Source of the DNA: Candidatus Uhrbacteria bacterium GW2011_GWE2_46_68
Lineage (GTDB): Bacteria; Patescibacteriota; Patescibacteriia; UBA9934; GWF2-40-263
Assembly (NCBI GenBank): GCA_001002765.1
Contig: LCMS01000005.1
Location: 2,562-66,561, forward strand
Length of the DNA: 64,000 bases
Direction: 5' to 3'
Within the stretch, counting starts at the first letter, position 1. Each line of letters starts with the position of its first letter. The notes beneath the pieces were generated by a model. That model did not search any database and had not been told where the DNA came from. It saw only the letters and a program-made list of their open reading frames with translations. This document shows, one piece after another, positions 40,581 to 49,460 of the stretch. The position numbers and the translations under genes are program-made.

Positions 40581-41135
40581 ATGCTCGCCGCTCTTCTTCG
40601 TGGAACCAAGCACCGCCTTTTTTCTCTCCTTCACATCCCCTATGTTCTTCTTGTCTTCGAGGAAGGATCAAACGTCGTCGTGTATGACATGGAGAAGGGG
40701 AAACAAGCTTTGCATATTTTTGTGAAAGAAGGTCGTTTGAGTGTGGAAGAGATGTTGGCTCTTGAGGTGCAAATGGAAAAGGAGGGGATTTTCGATCGCG
40801 TGGAAGACGTCCTTGAACAGGTGAAGCGATTCCCCGCGCAAAGAGATATCCCTTCTGATTTTTCCCTCAAACCCTGTGCCGACTGTTCTTCGGTGAAGCA
40901 TATGCATCTTGTGGATGATGAGGGAGATCAATGTTCACCGGAGATTCACACATTTGAAGAATGTTTTGAAGCGATCTGTCGATTGGTTCACGACAACAAG
41001 TTGCATATGTACGATGCTGTTTGCATTCTTCAGATCGCTGCCGCGCAAGTGGGGCATTCCCTCAAGATCACGAGTCGTGAACGTCTGGCACCGCGCAACG
41101 GAGGAGTGATAAACGGCGGACTCGCCGAAGGATAA
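40581..41135 (+). CDS. Hypothetical protein (CxxC..HxH motif)
   Basis: 184 aa, SD GAGGTG, followed by hairpin CAGCCG/CGGCTG + T-tract. Confidence 0.65.
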   Translation: MLAALLRGTKHRLFSLLHIPYVLLVFEEGSNVVVYDMEKGKQALHIFVKEGRLSVEEMLALEVQMEKEGIFDRVEDVLEQVKRFPAQRDIPSDFSLKPCADCSSVKHMHLVDDEGDQCSPEIHTFEECFEAICRLVHDNKLHMYDAVCILQIAAAQVGHSLKITSRERLAPRNGGVINGGLAEG

Positions 41136-41232
41136 GAGAGACAACGAAGCAGCCGCACGCACGGCTGTTTTTCTTTTTGTAATCTGGCACCTTAGCGTTG
41201 ATTTTGATAAACTAGAAGCAGCAAATTTTTTT

Positions 41233-41736
41233 ATGGAACCAACAACCACTTTTCGCGCCCATTCCTACGGAGACACGCTTCTTCATTGGGAGATTGATGA
41301 ATATCCTCGACACACACGTTCTCGGTTGTGGTTTATTTTGGTGATTGGGGTCGGAACGGCTTTGTTGTTGTATGCATTTTTGACAGCGAATCTGACGTTT
41401 GCTGTGGTGCTTCTTATGATTGGAATCATTATGTTGATTTCCGTCGTAAAGGAACCAAGCCGTTTGGATATCATCATTACTAATACTGGATTGATTGTCG
41501 GGGACACCTATTATGATTATCCTGCCATTAAAGATTTTTCCGTGGTGTATGATCCGCCTGATGTGAAGTATTTGTATGTGGATTTTCGTTCGACCTGGCA
41601 ACCGCTTGTCTCCATTCCTTTGGAGGATGTTGATCCCAATCAAGTCCGCGCACATTTGCTTCCGTACTGTGCCGAGAATTTGGAACGTATGGAAGAAGGA
41701 TTGACAGACGTGCTGCGTCGGATGTATAAACTGTAA
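41233..41736 (+). CDS. Two-TM membrane protein of unknown function
   Basis: W..EYP.H.RSRLWF, two hydrophobic helices, soluble C-terminal domain. Confidence 0.8.
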   Translation: MEPTTTFRAHSYGDTLLHWEIDEYPRHTRSRLWFILVIGVGTALLLYAFLTANLTFAVVLLMIGIIMLISVVKEPSRLDIIITNTGLIVGDTYYDYPAIKDFSVVYDPPDVKYLYVDFRSTWQPLVSIPLEDVDPNQVRAHLLPYCAENLERMEEGLTDVLRRMYKL

Positions 41737-41741
41737 GTCTT

Positions 41742-41818
41742 GCGCTCGTAGCTCAGTTGGATAGAGCATCAGCTTGCGGAGCTGAGGGTCGTAGGTTCAA
41801 GTCCTACCGAGCGCACCA
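41742..41818 (+). tRNA. tRNA-Arg(GCG)
   Basis: GCGCTCG/CGAGCGC acceptor stem, TCAGC-ttGCGga-GCTGA, GGTTCAAGTCC, encoded CCA. Confidence 0.95.
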
Positions 41819-41909
41819 TTCTTCAATATCCCATTGATGGCTGTACGAAGTTTGAGAGTTCCACCCCCACATCTCTGCCCCAAGCGGAGATTTTTGTTTT
41901 TAGATGCAA

Positions 41910-41969
41910 GGGGTCAGGTCTTTACTTTTTACCCGCTATCTCACCATTCAAGATTCAAGACCTGACCCC
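41910..41969. repeat. 60-bp element with perfect 13-bp terminal inverted repeats (MITE/REP-like)
   Basis: GGGGTCAGGTCTT-34 nt-AAGACCTGACCCC. Confidence 0.7.
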
Positions 41970-42001
41970 GATTCAAAACCGCGGTATCATAGCGTCATAC
42001 T

Positions 42002-44056
42002 ATGGCCGCACATCTTTCAGATTCGATCGCTTCTTTGCCGGGGATCGGAACCCAAGGAGTTCGTATTCTTAAAACACTAGGGGTCGTGAGCCTGCGAGAT
42101 TTATTGTATTACGTGCCGTTTCGCTATGATGATTTTTCCACGATCAAATCCATTGCTTCTCTTCGAGTAGGGGACACAGTAACCGTAGAGGGGACGATCA
42201 AAACCATCAATTCTCGACGTTCGTGGAAACGGAAAAAACTTTCCTTGACCGAGGCTACGATCGAAGACGCCACAGGCACCCTTTCCGTTCTCTGGTTTAA
42301 TCAACCGTATTTGGAGGAAACGTTGAAGCCTAAAACAAAGGTGGCGCTTGCAGGAACGGTTGAATATCGACAAGGACTTATCCTTGTGAACCCTCTTCAC
42401 GAACCCGCGGGTCAGCATATTCATACGGGACGTATTGTTCCCATCTACGGACTCACCAAAGGTTTAGCTATGCGGCGTTTGCGCTCGGCCATGGAAAAAG
42501 CTTTGCCAGCTGCGCGAGAGTTTGTTGAATGGTTGCCGCGCGATGTACAGACATCGGAATCTCTTCCGGGGTTATCCGAAGCCATGAAAGCGATTCATTT
42601 TCCAGATACGCGAGATACTTTGGATGCGGCGGTCGCGCGGCTCAAATTTGACGAAGTTTTTCTTCATCAACTTTTATTTGCTGATGTGAGGAGAGAACGT
42701 CGGCGCCTTAAAGCAAAAGTTTTTTCTTTTGACCAAGTAAAGGCCAAAGATTTTCTCACGCGTTTACCGTTTACGCTTACACTCGGTCAGAAGAAAGCAG
42801 CCTGGGATATTTTGCGGGATCTTTCTCAAATACATCCCATGAATCGTTTGCTCGAAGGAGATGTGGGGTCAGGAAAAACCGTGGTGGCTGCCATGGCGAT
42901 TGCGCAGATTTTGGAAAAAAGAGGAAAGGTCGCCTATTTAGCACCTACGGAAATTTTGGCTTTGCAGCAACATACAACGCTTTGTCGACTTTTGGGCGAA
43001 GATCACGTGGGGCTTCTCACCCACGCCTATTGCCGATTGGGGACCGTCGATTTTAAAAGAGATGATTTTGAAAAGCAAATAAAAAAACAAAAAGGGTGTT
43101 GTGTGGTCGGGACTCATGCGCTTTTGGGAGATCGTCTTCCTCTTCCGTTTTTTGATTTGATTGTGATTGATGAACAACATCGCTTTGGTGTGGCACAACG
43201 CCACGCACTTTTGGAGCGTCAAAAAGATCATGCCCCCCATCTTCTTTCCATGACAGCAACACCGATTCCTCGTTCTCTTGCTCTCACGATTTACGGTGAT
43301 CTCGATGTCTCTTGTCTTACGGAGATGCCCAAAGGTCGCAAGCCTATTGCCACAGCGATTGTTTTGCAAGATCAACAAGAAGGCATGTGGAAACATCTTC
43401 GCGGACAAATCGAGAATGGGGAGAGGATATTTATTGTGTGTCCCCTCATAGATCCCTCCGATCGCCTTGGCGTTCAATCGGTAGAAGAAACATCGGTGCG
43501 TCTTAAAGCCGAAGTGTTTAAGGGGCTCCCCATAGATGTGCTTCACGGCAAAATGAAATTCGATGAAAAAGAAAAGGTTATGGAAGCGTTTCGTCAAGGG
43601 AAAGTTCAAGTGTTGATTGCGACAACGGTGGTGGAGGTTGGTGTGGATATTCCTGAAGCCACAGTCATGGTAGTTCTTGGAGCTGAGCGATTCGGACTCG
43701 CCCAACTTCATCAGTTGCGCGGGCGCGTGGGGCGCGGAGAAAAACAATCGTATTGTTATCTGCTCCCCGACACGCTATCCGACCGCAGTCGTGCGCGGCT
43801 GGAGGCCATGGTCAAAACGAATAATGGGTTTGAACTTGCACAAAAAGATTTGGAACTGCGCGGCCCGGGGGATTTGTTTGGAAGTCAACAATCAGGATTT
43901 CCCGATTATCAATTTGCAACTTCGGCCGACGAAGATTTGATGCAAAAAGCTCGGCACTGGGCCGAGCGTTTGATGGAAGAAGATCCCACTCTTTCTACAT
44001 ATCCTTTGATGCGCCAGAAGATGAAGGATGCGTTTGAGATCGTCCATTTGGAATAA
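42002..44056 (+). CDS. recG: ATP-dependent DNA helicase RecG
   Basis: RLLEGDVGSGKT, DEQHRFG, MTATPIPR, QLHQLRGRVGRG. Confidence 0.98.
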   Translation: MAAHLSDSIASLPGIGTQGVRILKTLGVVSLRDLLYYVPFRYDDFSTIKSIASLRVGDTVTVEGTIKTINSRRSWKRKKLSLTEATIEDATGTLSVLWFNQPYLEETLKPKTKVALAGTVEYRQGLILVNPLHEPAGQHIHTGRIVPIYGLTKGLAMRRLRSAMEKALPAAREFVEWLPRDVQTSESLPGLSEAMKAIHFPDTRDTLDAAVARLKFDEVFLHQLLFADVRRERRRLKAKVFSFDQVKAKDFLTRLPFTLTLGQKKAAWDILRDLSQIHPMNRLLEGDVGSGKTVVAAMAIAQILEKRGKVAYLAPTEILALQQHTTLCRLLGEDHVGLLTHAYCRLGTVDFKRDDFEKQIKKQKGCCVVGTHALLGDRLPLPFFDLIVIDEQHRFGVAQRHALLERQKDHAPHLLSMTATPIPRSLALTIYGDLDVSCLTEMPKGRKPIATAIVLQDQQEGMWKHLRGQIENGERIFIVCPLIDPSDRLGVQSVEETSVRLKAEVFKGLPIDVLHGKMKFDEKEKVMEAFRQGKVQVLIATTVVEVGVDIPEATVMVVLGAERFGLAQLHQLRGRVGRGEKQSYCYLLPDTLSDRSRARLEAMVKTNNGFELAQKDLELRGPGDLFGSQQSGFPDYQFATSADEDLMQKARHWAERLMEEDPTLSTYPLMRQKMKDAFEIVHLE

Positions 44057-45365
44057 GTCCCACATGACCCACAGCTCGTATTTCTAAACCGGTTGCAGCC
44101 GGTTGTTTTTTATCAGGAATAACGGCATGAGTTATTCCAAGACGTCGCGCCTCCTCCAGGCGGCGATCCAAAAGAGGAATAGAGCGAACTTCTCCTCCGA
44201 GCCCCACTTCTCCCAAATAAACCGTTGGGTATGCATCTGTTTGATTGGTCGCTGCCTGTAAGATTGCGGTACATATGGCAAGATCTACGGCCGGTTCTTC
44301 CAACATCAATCCGCCGATTACATTCACAAACACATCTTGTTCCCCAAGTTTGAGTCCGGTGCGTTTTGCCAAAATGGCGCAAAGCATTTGCAGGCGATTG
44401 AGATCAAAACCCGATGCGCGTCGCGTGGGGTTTCCATACGCACAAGGAGACACAAGCGCTTGTACTTCGACCAAAAAAATTCTCGACCCTTCGACTGTAG
44501 CCGTAATGACTGATCCTGGAATCGCACGACGCTCTTCCAAGAATCGTGCGGAAGGATTTTCAACAACAATCAATCCTGTCTGTGTCATCTCAAAAATACC
44601 GACCTCATCCGTGCTGCCAAAGCGATTTTTTCGTGCACGCAAAATACGATACGCATGAACCGGATCGCCCTCGAGATACAAAACCGTATCTACAATATGC
44701 TCGAGCGTTTTTGGTCCTGCAACCGATCCGTCTTTGGTCACTTGTCCGACCAACAAGATAGGGATATTGGATCGTTTTGATGTTGCTAACAAGAGCGATG
44801 TGGCATAACGCACCAACGTAGGTGATCCGGCTTGTCCCTCGAGATCTTGAGAATCAAGAGTTTGTACCGAATCGACAATAACCAAAGCAGGATGTTCTTT
44901 TTCAATCGTGGCGACTAAAGTTTCTACGGGAAAGTTTTCAAGAAACTGTATGTGCTCAAGTGATTTACTGATTCGCGTAAATCTTGCCGCAAGCTGTGAG
45001 GCCGATTCCTCGCCCGAGATATAGAGCACGGTGGATTTTTGATGTGCAATGATTCCCGCAATCATAGCGACAAGAGTGGATTTGCCGATTCCCGGTTCGC
45101 CCGAGATAAGTGTCAGACTTCCTTTCACGATTCCTCCACCAAACACACGATCTAATTCTTGTATATCCGTACCAATGCGTTCATGTTCATTTTGCGAGGC
45201 AATATCAAACAAGCGCGTGCTGGCGTGCGCTTGGGCTTTGGAGGCAGATCGCTTTGGAAGGGAAGGGGATGCATCTTCCTCAATCACCGTTCCCCAAGAC
45301 CCGCACGTTCCGCATCGTCCGGCCCATTTGGGAGATTGTGCATCACAATGTGTGCAGTGGAACAT
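43995..45365 (-). CDS. radA: DNA repair protein RadA/Sms
   Basis: CxxC..CxxC zinc finger, GEPGIGKSTL, KNRFG, GEVGLGGEVR. Confidence 0.98.
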   Translation of the reverse strand: MFHCTHCDAQSPKWAGRCGTCGSWGTVIEEDASPSLPKRSASKAQAHASTRLFDIASQNEHERIGTDIQELDRVFGGGIVKGSLTLISGEPGIGKSTLVAMIAGIIAHQKSTVLYISGEESASQLAARFTRISKSLEHIQFLENFPVETLVATIEKEHPALVIVDSVQTLDSQDLEGQAGSPTLVRYATSLLLATSKRSNIPILLVGQVTKDGSVAGPKTLEHIVDTVLYLEGDPVHAYRILRARKNRFGSTDEVGIFEMTQTGLIVVENPSARFLEERRAIPGSVITATVEGSRIFLVEVQALVSPCAYGNPTRRASGFDLNRLQMLCAILAKRTGLKLGEQDVFVNVIGGLMLEEPAVDLAICTAILQAATNQTDAYPTVYLGEVGLGGEVRSIPLLDRRLEEARRLGITHAVIPDKKQPAATGLEIRAVGHVGLIPNGRSQTHPSSSGASKDM

Positions 45366-45368
45366 AAT

Positions 45369-46658
45369 TTAGTGACAGGAGGAAGACATAGAGGGTTGTT
45401 CAAAATGCCAGGGTTCGCTTGCAAGGACACAGAATCCTTCCGCTTTCATAGCATCAATGAGCGCTTTTTGACAAGGATTTTCAAAACAATCTTCCAAATC
45501 TTTCAAACATTCTTTTTGAATAATACATTGGGTGACAACACCGTTATTAATTTCCGCACCCCACATATCCACAGCACTACCGGTTGTATGCGGACAATTT
45601 TTAGGATCCATATCTTTGAGAGGGCAAGCGCTCGGCGAACCTTCTTTAGCATTGCAAGTCGTAGACCCGGGAGGATTGATACAATATTTTTTAATGAGTT
45701 CTATTTGTTTTTCCACAGATCGGTATCCTGAAGTAAGAATCATGCCATACCCTTGCGATTGCAAATCTTTTGCCGCCTCCTCGATATTTTTTACCATAGG
45801 ATCGCAAACCTGTACGTTATTTCCATTTATATTGGATCCGGAAGGTATACCAAATGAGGTACAAGTTGTTCCTGAAACGCTTTCCTCGCTTTCTCCATAA
45901 GGCATAAGAGCATCGGCCGTAACTTCTTCTAATTCTAAGGCGCGAAAGAGGGTCAGTTCGGGATTCACCAGTTTGAGAAGAGACACGGCTCCAAAGAGAA
46001 GGGCAAGGCCCCAGACGACTTTGCGGATTCCACTGGTCGCATTTTTTGTGCGGCCACTTGATCCTGCCAAAAGATACATCACTCCGTGATACATAACGAC
46101 GATAATCGCCACCACGGTCATGGTTCCCAGAAAATAGTTATAGAGCATTTGGAGATAGTCACCCAAGTAAGTGATTTTAAGCACACCATTTTCCGAAAGA
46201 ATGGGAGAGAACTCAAAGTCCGGATCAAGTTGAACCACCAGCTCCGGCGCTACAAATTCATAAGTGGTGGTCGTCGTGGTGGTTGTCGCTGCCGCTTCCG
46301 GTGAATCATCCGGTCTTGGATAACGATCACAGATGGTTTCAGCATAACTCGCCCCACCCTCCGCATGAGAGCATCTGGTTGGATTGGAAGACCCTAGCGT
46401 ATCGGTGTATATACAGGATTTGAATATTTGGTCTCCAATGGTATGAGGATTCGAACAAGAGTCTTCGCAGTAAACAATAGAGGCTAAATTCGTTGGCCAG
46501 CAATATTGACTTTCAGTATCTGTCCCAATATCCGTCCAATACCAACAAAAACAATTATACGTATCTGCAAAAGCAGGAGGAGCCCAGAGAGAAAAACAAA
46601 CCGCAAACAAACAAGGGAGAATCAGTTTATGGATTGATTGCCAAAATTTCCTCCACAT
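45369..46658 (-). CDS. Cys-rich exported protein: pilin-like TM hairpin fused to M15-family zinc peptidase
   Basis: Signal-like N-terminus, Cys-rich domain, Thr linker, two TM helices ending LVNPEL, then SGYRS, HTTGSAVD, EPWHF. Confidence 0.8.
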   Translation of the reverse strand: MWRKFWQSIHKLILPCLFAVCFSLWAPPAFADTYNCFCWYWTDIGTDTESQYCWPTNLASIVYCEDSCSNPHTIGDQIFKSCIYTDTLGSSNPTRCSHAEGGASYAETICDRYPRPDDSPEAAATTTTTTTTYEFVAPELVVQLDPDFEFSPILSENGVLKITYLGDYLQMLYNYFLGTMTVVAIIVVMYHGVMYLLAGSSGRTKNATSGIRKVVWGLALLFGAVSLLKLVNPELTLFRALELEEVTADALMPYGESEESVSGTTCTSFGIPSGSNINGNNVQVCDPMVKNIEEAAKDLQSQGYGMILTSGYRSVEKQIELIKKYCINPPGSTTCNAKEGSPSACPLKDMDPKNCPHTTGSAVDMWGAEINNGVVTQCIIQKECLKDLEDCFENPCQKALIDAMKAEGFCVLASEPWHFEQPSMSSSCH

Positions 46659-47289
46659 ACGATAAAAGTTGATCGGTCGAAAGCGCACCGGTGTAAGAAG
46701 TGTTGTTGATAAATAAGGTCGGCGAGGCAAGGAGATTCAATGCCTGGCCTTCCTCGTAGTCACGCTCCACAATCGGGAACGTGTCTTGGGTTTCCATACA
46801 AGAGGTAAAACGATCCACGTCCAATGAAACCGTATGTGCCACGGTCAAAAGATCATCAGCACTATCCAGGGTTGTTTGTTGCGCGAAAAGTGCATCAGCA
46901 TATTCCCAAAACTTTCCTTGACGATCCGCACAATGTGCAGCCACAGCCGCTTGAGTCGCCACAGAGGAAGCCTCGTATTGCGGCATATCTTTCCATACAA
47001 ACCGGATATCTTGCGGATAGGTTTTCATGACCGCTAAAACAGACTCGGCGAGTTGTTTACACGGATAACAGGTAAAATCCGCAAACATGATAAGAGTGAC
47101 CGTTGCTTCTACCGATCCCAAAGAAGGGTTGATAATCGTCACTGTCGGTTTTGTGAGAGTATTGCCATGCTCCTCCTGCTCTTGCAAATAGGCATCCAAA
47201 TCAAGCGGGCGAGATTGCACGTACAAAATCGAGAGCACGATTATCGTGAGCAAACCAAAGGTGGAAAACGCAAGCCATGTATGGGGCAT
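46627..47289 (-). CDS. DsbA-family thiol-disulfide oxidoreductase
   Basis: N-terminal TM, FADFTCYPC, QGKFWEY, SPTLFIN. Confidence 0.92.
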   Translation of the reverse strand: MPHTWLAFSTFGLLTIIVLSILYVQSRPLDLDAYLQEQEEHGNTLTKPTVTIINPSLGSVEATVTLIMFADFTCYPCKQLAESVLAVMKTYPQDIRFVWKDMPQYEASSVATQAAVAAHCADRQGKFWEYADALFAQQTTLDSADDLLTVAHTVSLDVDRFTSCMETQDTFPIVERDYEEGQALNLLASPTLFINNTSYTGALSTDQLLSYVEEILAINP

Positions 47290-47290
47290 A

Positions 47291-48511
47291 TTATTGCAGA
47301 CGAATCATTTGTAAACGTCCGGATTGCGCATCGGTAAAATAGAGAAGAGAACCGTCGCTGCTTAAAGAAAGATGTTCCATCGTCACCTCCTCGTTTGGAA
47401 TGGCCACAAGAGAAGATTGCCCGGAGGAAAGATTTAAGCGATATAAATTATCAGGCTCATCGTCGTAGAGACCGGGTTGTAAACCCGCATTGGGAGGAAG
47501 GGAAGTGGGTACGCCGCAATACACAATATCCTCGGAAGCAAAGACACATTTTTCCACCCAGGTATTGATCCCTAAACTTTGACGATCCTCACCCATACTC
47601 GACGAAGTGGCGCTCACAGACCAAAGGAGCGGACGATAATCACTGTAAGATCCGGAGACCGAGTAGAGCAGTTGTCTTCCCGAAGGTGACCAAAGAGAAT
47701 CAAAATTCATTCCCTCCACAGTGAGACCTTCAAAGTTTTCGCTGTTGCGTCCAAGAGGGATGATGGTTTGGCGATCAAGGCCGGTTGTGAGTGTAGTGTC
47801 TGCATCCGCAAAGCCGATGATCTGGGCATTGGGAGAGATATTAAGATCCACACGGTTCTCGTTGTCTCCCAAAGCACGGACGGTTTCCATTTGTGTGCCA
47901 TCTGTTTTACTGATGACAATCCAACGATTATCAGGATCAAGTGCAATGCTTTTTGCCGCGATTTCATCGGTTGTGGGAGAAAAATCAAAGTCTTCCCAGT
48001 GCGAAGGAAGAGTGACTTGAGTTTGTGAGACAAAGTCGTAGATCACATTGGAATCATCTGGAAATTCAATAACGACTTTGTCGGCCGTATCATTCCAAAC
48101 GACCGAGGAAGCCTCTGGAAAAGTTTTGGAAGAAAGAGCGACCACATTTCCGTTTGCACCGATTGTATAAAAACGATCATCTTGAGGATTATAGAAACAA
48201 GCTTCTGCTCCGCAAGAAGTGGGGGAGAGAATGGAACCGGACGTGAGTTCGGTGACTTGGGTCACTCCTCCGCTCGCGACCTCATCGGCTTGTTCCAATT
48301 TTCCTTCTGTGGGAGGAACAAAGACAGAAGGAGCGCCCGTTTGCGCAGAGGGAAGATTACCGCCCAGCGTTGTCACTTCTTCTTCATCTGCGGTTGTTTC
48401 GTCTCCAAAGAACGGTTTGAAGAATAAAAAATAAATGGCAGCTGCAATCGCGATCACCGAAGCGACAAAGAGCGCGATCAAAGCCACACGTTTTGTGCGA
48501 AGAGTAAGCAT
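47291..48511 (-). CDS. Membrane-anchored beta-propeller (TolB-like) protein
   Basis: One N-terminal TM; FSP/WSPSG/LSSDG blade-like repeats; ATG 48511. Confidence 0.72.
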   Translation of the reverse strand: MLTLRTKRVALIALFVASVIAIAAAIYFLFFKPFFGDETTADEEEVTTLGGNLPSAQTGAPSVFVPPTEGKLEQADEVASGGVTQVTELTSGSILSPTSCGAEACFYNPQDDRFYTIGANGNVVALSSKTFPEASSVVWNDTADKVVIEFPDDSNVIYDFVSQTQVTLPSHWEDFDFSPTTDEIAAKSIALDPDNRWIVISKTDGTQMETVRALGDNENRVDLNISPNAQIIGFADADTTLTTGLDRQTIIPLGRNSENFEGLTVEGMNFDSLWSPSGRQLLYSVSGSYSDYRPLLWSVSATSSSMGEDRQSLGINTWVEKCVFASEDIVYCGVPTSLPPNAGLQPGLYDDEPDNLYRLNLSSGQSSLVAIPNEEVTMEHLSLSSDGSLLYFTDAQSGRLQMIRLQ

Positions 48512-48665
48512 AGATAAGGTTATTGTAGCGAGAGCAAGAGAAGAAAGCCAGGAGAGAGGAAAGAAAATTTTCAATTTTTGATGAAAGAAAGGAAATATTT
48601 ATTTTGGATATTGCCGAGAGATTCTTCCATTCAAAATGAAATGGTGAACATGAGAAATTTTTTCA

Positions 48666-49451
48666 TCATTGAAAGACACTGATTCCCATACCGAGGAAGT
48701 CGACGAAGGCTGCAAGAGGATGATCCGTAAGAGCCATAGCTCCCGCGACGATAATGATAAGAGCGGCCGCAGCCGTAAGCACAAGGATAACAAGGATGAT
48801 ATCTGCGGCAATAATGCCCATATCCACATATTCGTTTGGAAGCGGAAGCGGTAAAGGATCCCAACTGGGCTCGGAAATAAACGGGTCTTTTCCTTTCATG
48901 ATGTATTTGCCGTAGAAGAGTTCCAAGTTGAGATAAGCAAAGCTAAAGGCAAAAAATATCCAGTCGATCAAAAAAGCCACTCCGGACGATCCGATGTTCA
49001 GCGCACTCGAAATAAAGTCCACAAGATAAATTGCTCCTCGCCGCGCGCCGGTTTCAGCTTTTTTCTTTATCTCTTTTTGCAGCTTGGTTTGTTTGCGTTT
49101 TTCTTCGTTTTGCTTTTCTTCCTTATCATCGGTAAGCAAGGTTTTGGCGATCGTTGAAGCAAATTGCATACGACGTCCTTCCTCGTTTGACGTTTCTTCT
49201 TCCGTTTCTTCGGGAAGTCCGTCAGGATACAAGGGAATGGGAGAATGCTCGGAAGGTTCGTAGGGAATGGTTGTCGGTTTATTCTCTATGATGTAGGGGG
49301 CGGATGACGGAACAGTCGGCAAGGCTTCCATTTTTGGTTTTGCAAAACGCAACTGCGCCGCAGCGAGAAGTTCGGCGTGTTTTTTTTGTCGATCACGCAG
49401 ATATTGCGAGCGACGATTTTGTTCCGTGGGGGAGGCTCCTCCTACAGCCAT
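48666..49451 (-). CDS. Hypothetical membrane protein
   Basis: 261 aa, low-complexity N-terminus and hydrophobic C-terminal helices; 9 nt after clpC. Confidence 0.7.
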   Translation of the reverse strand: MAVGGASPTEQNRRSQYLRDRQKKHAELLAAAQLRFAKPKMEALPTVPSSAPYIIENKPTTIPYEPSEHSPIPLYPDGLPEETEEETSNEEGRRMQFASTIAKTLLTDDKEEKQNEEKRKQTKLQKEIKKKAETGARRGAIYLVDFISSALNIGSSGVAFLIDWIFFAFSFAYLNLELFYGKYIMKGKDPFISEPSWDPLPLPLPNEYVDMGIIAADIILVILVLTAAAALIIIVAGAMALTDHPLAAFVDFLGMGISVFQ

Positions 49452-49460
49452 AGAAAATGA

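Noticed and set aside
46262-46292. Thr-codon run in the M15 fusion gene as a DNA repeat
   Set aside because: The codons are mixed; it is a protein linker, not a tandem nucleotide repeat.
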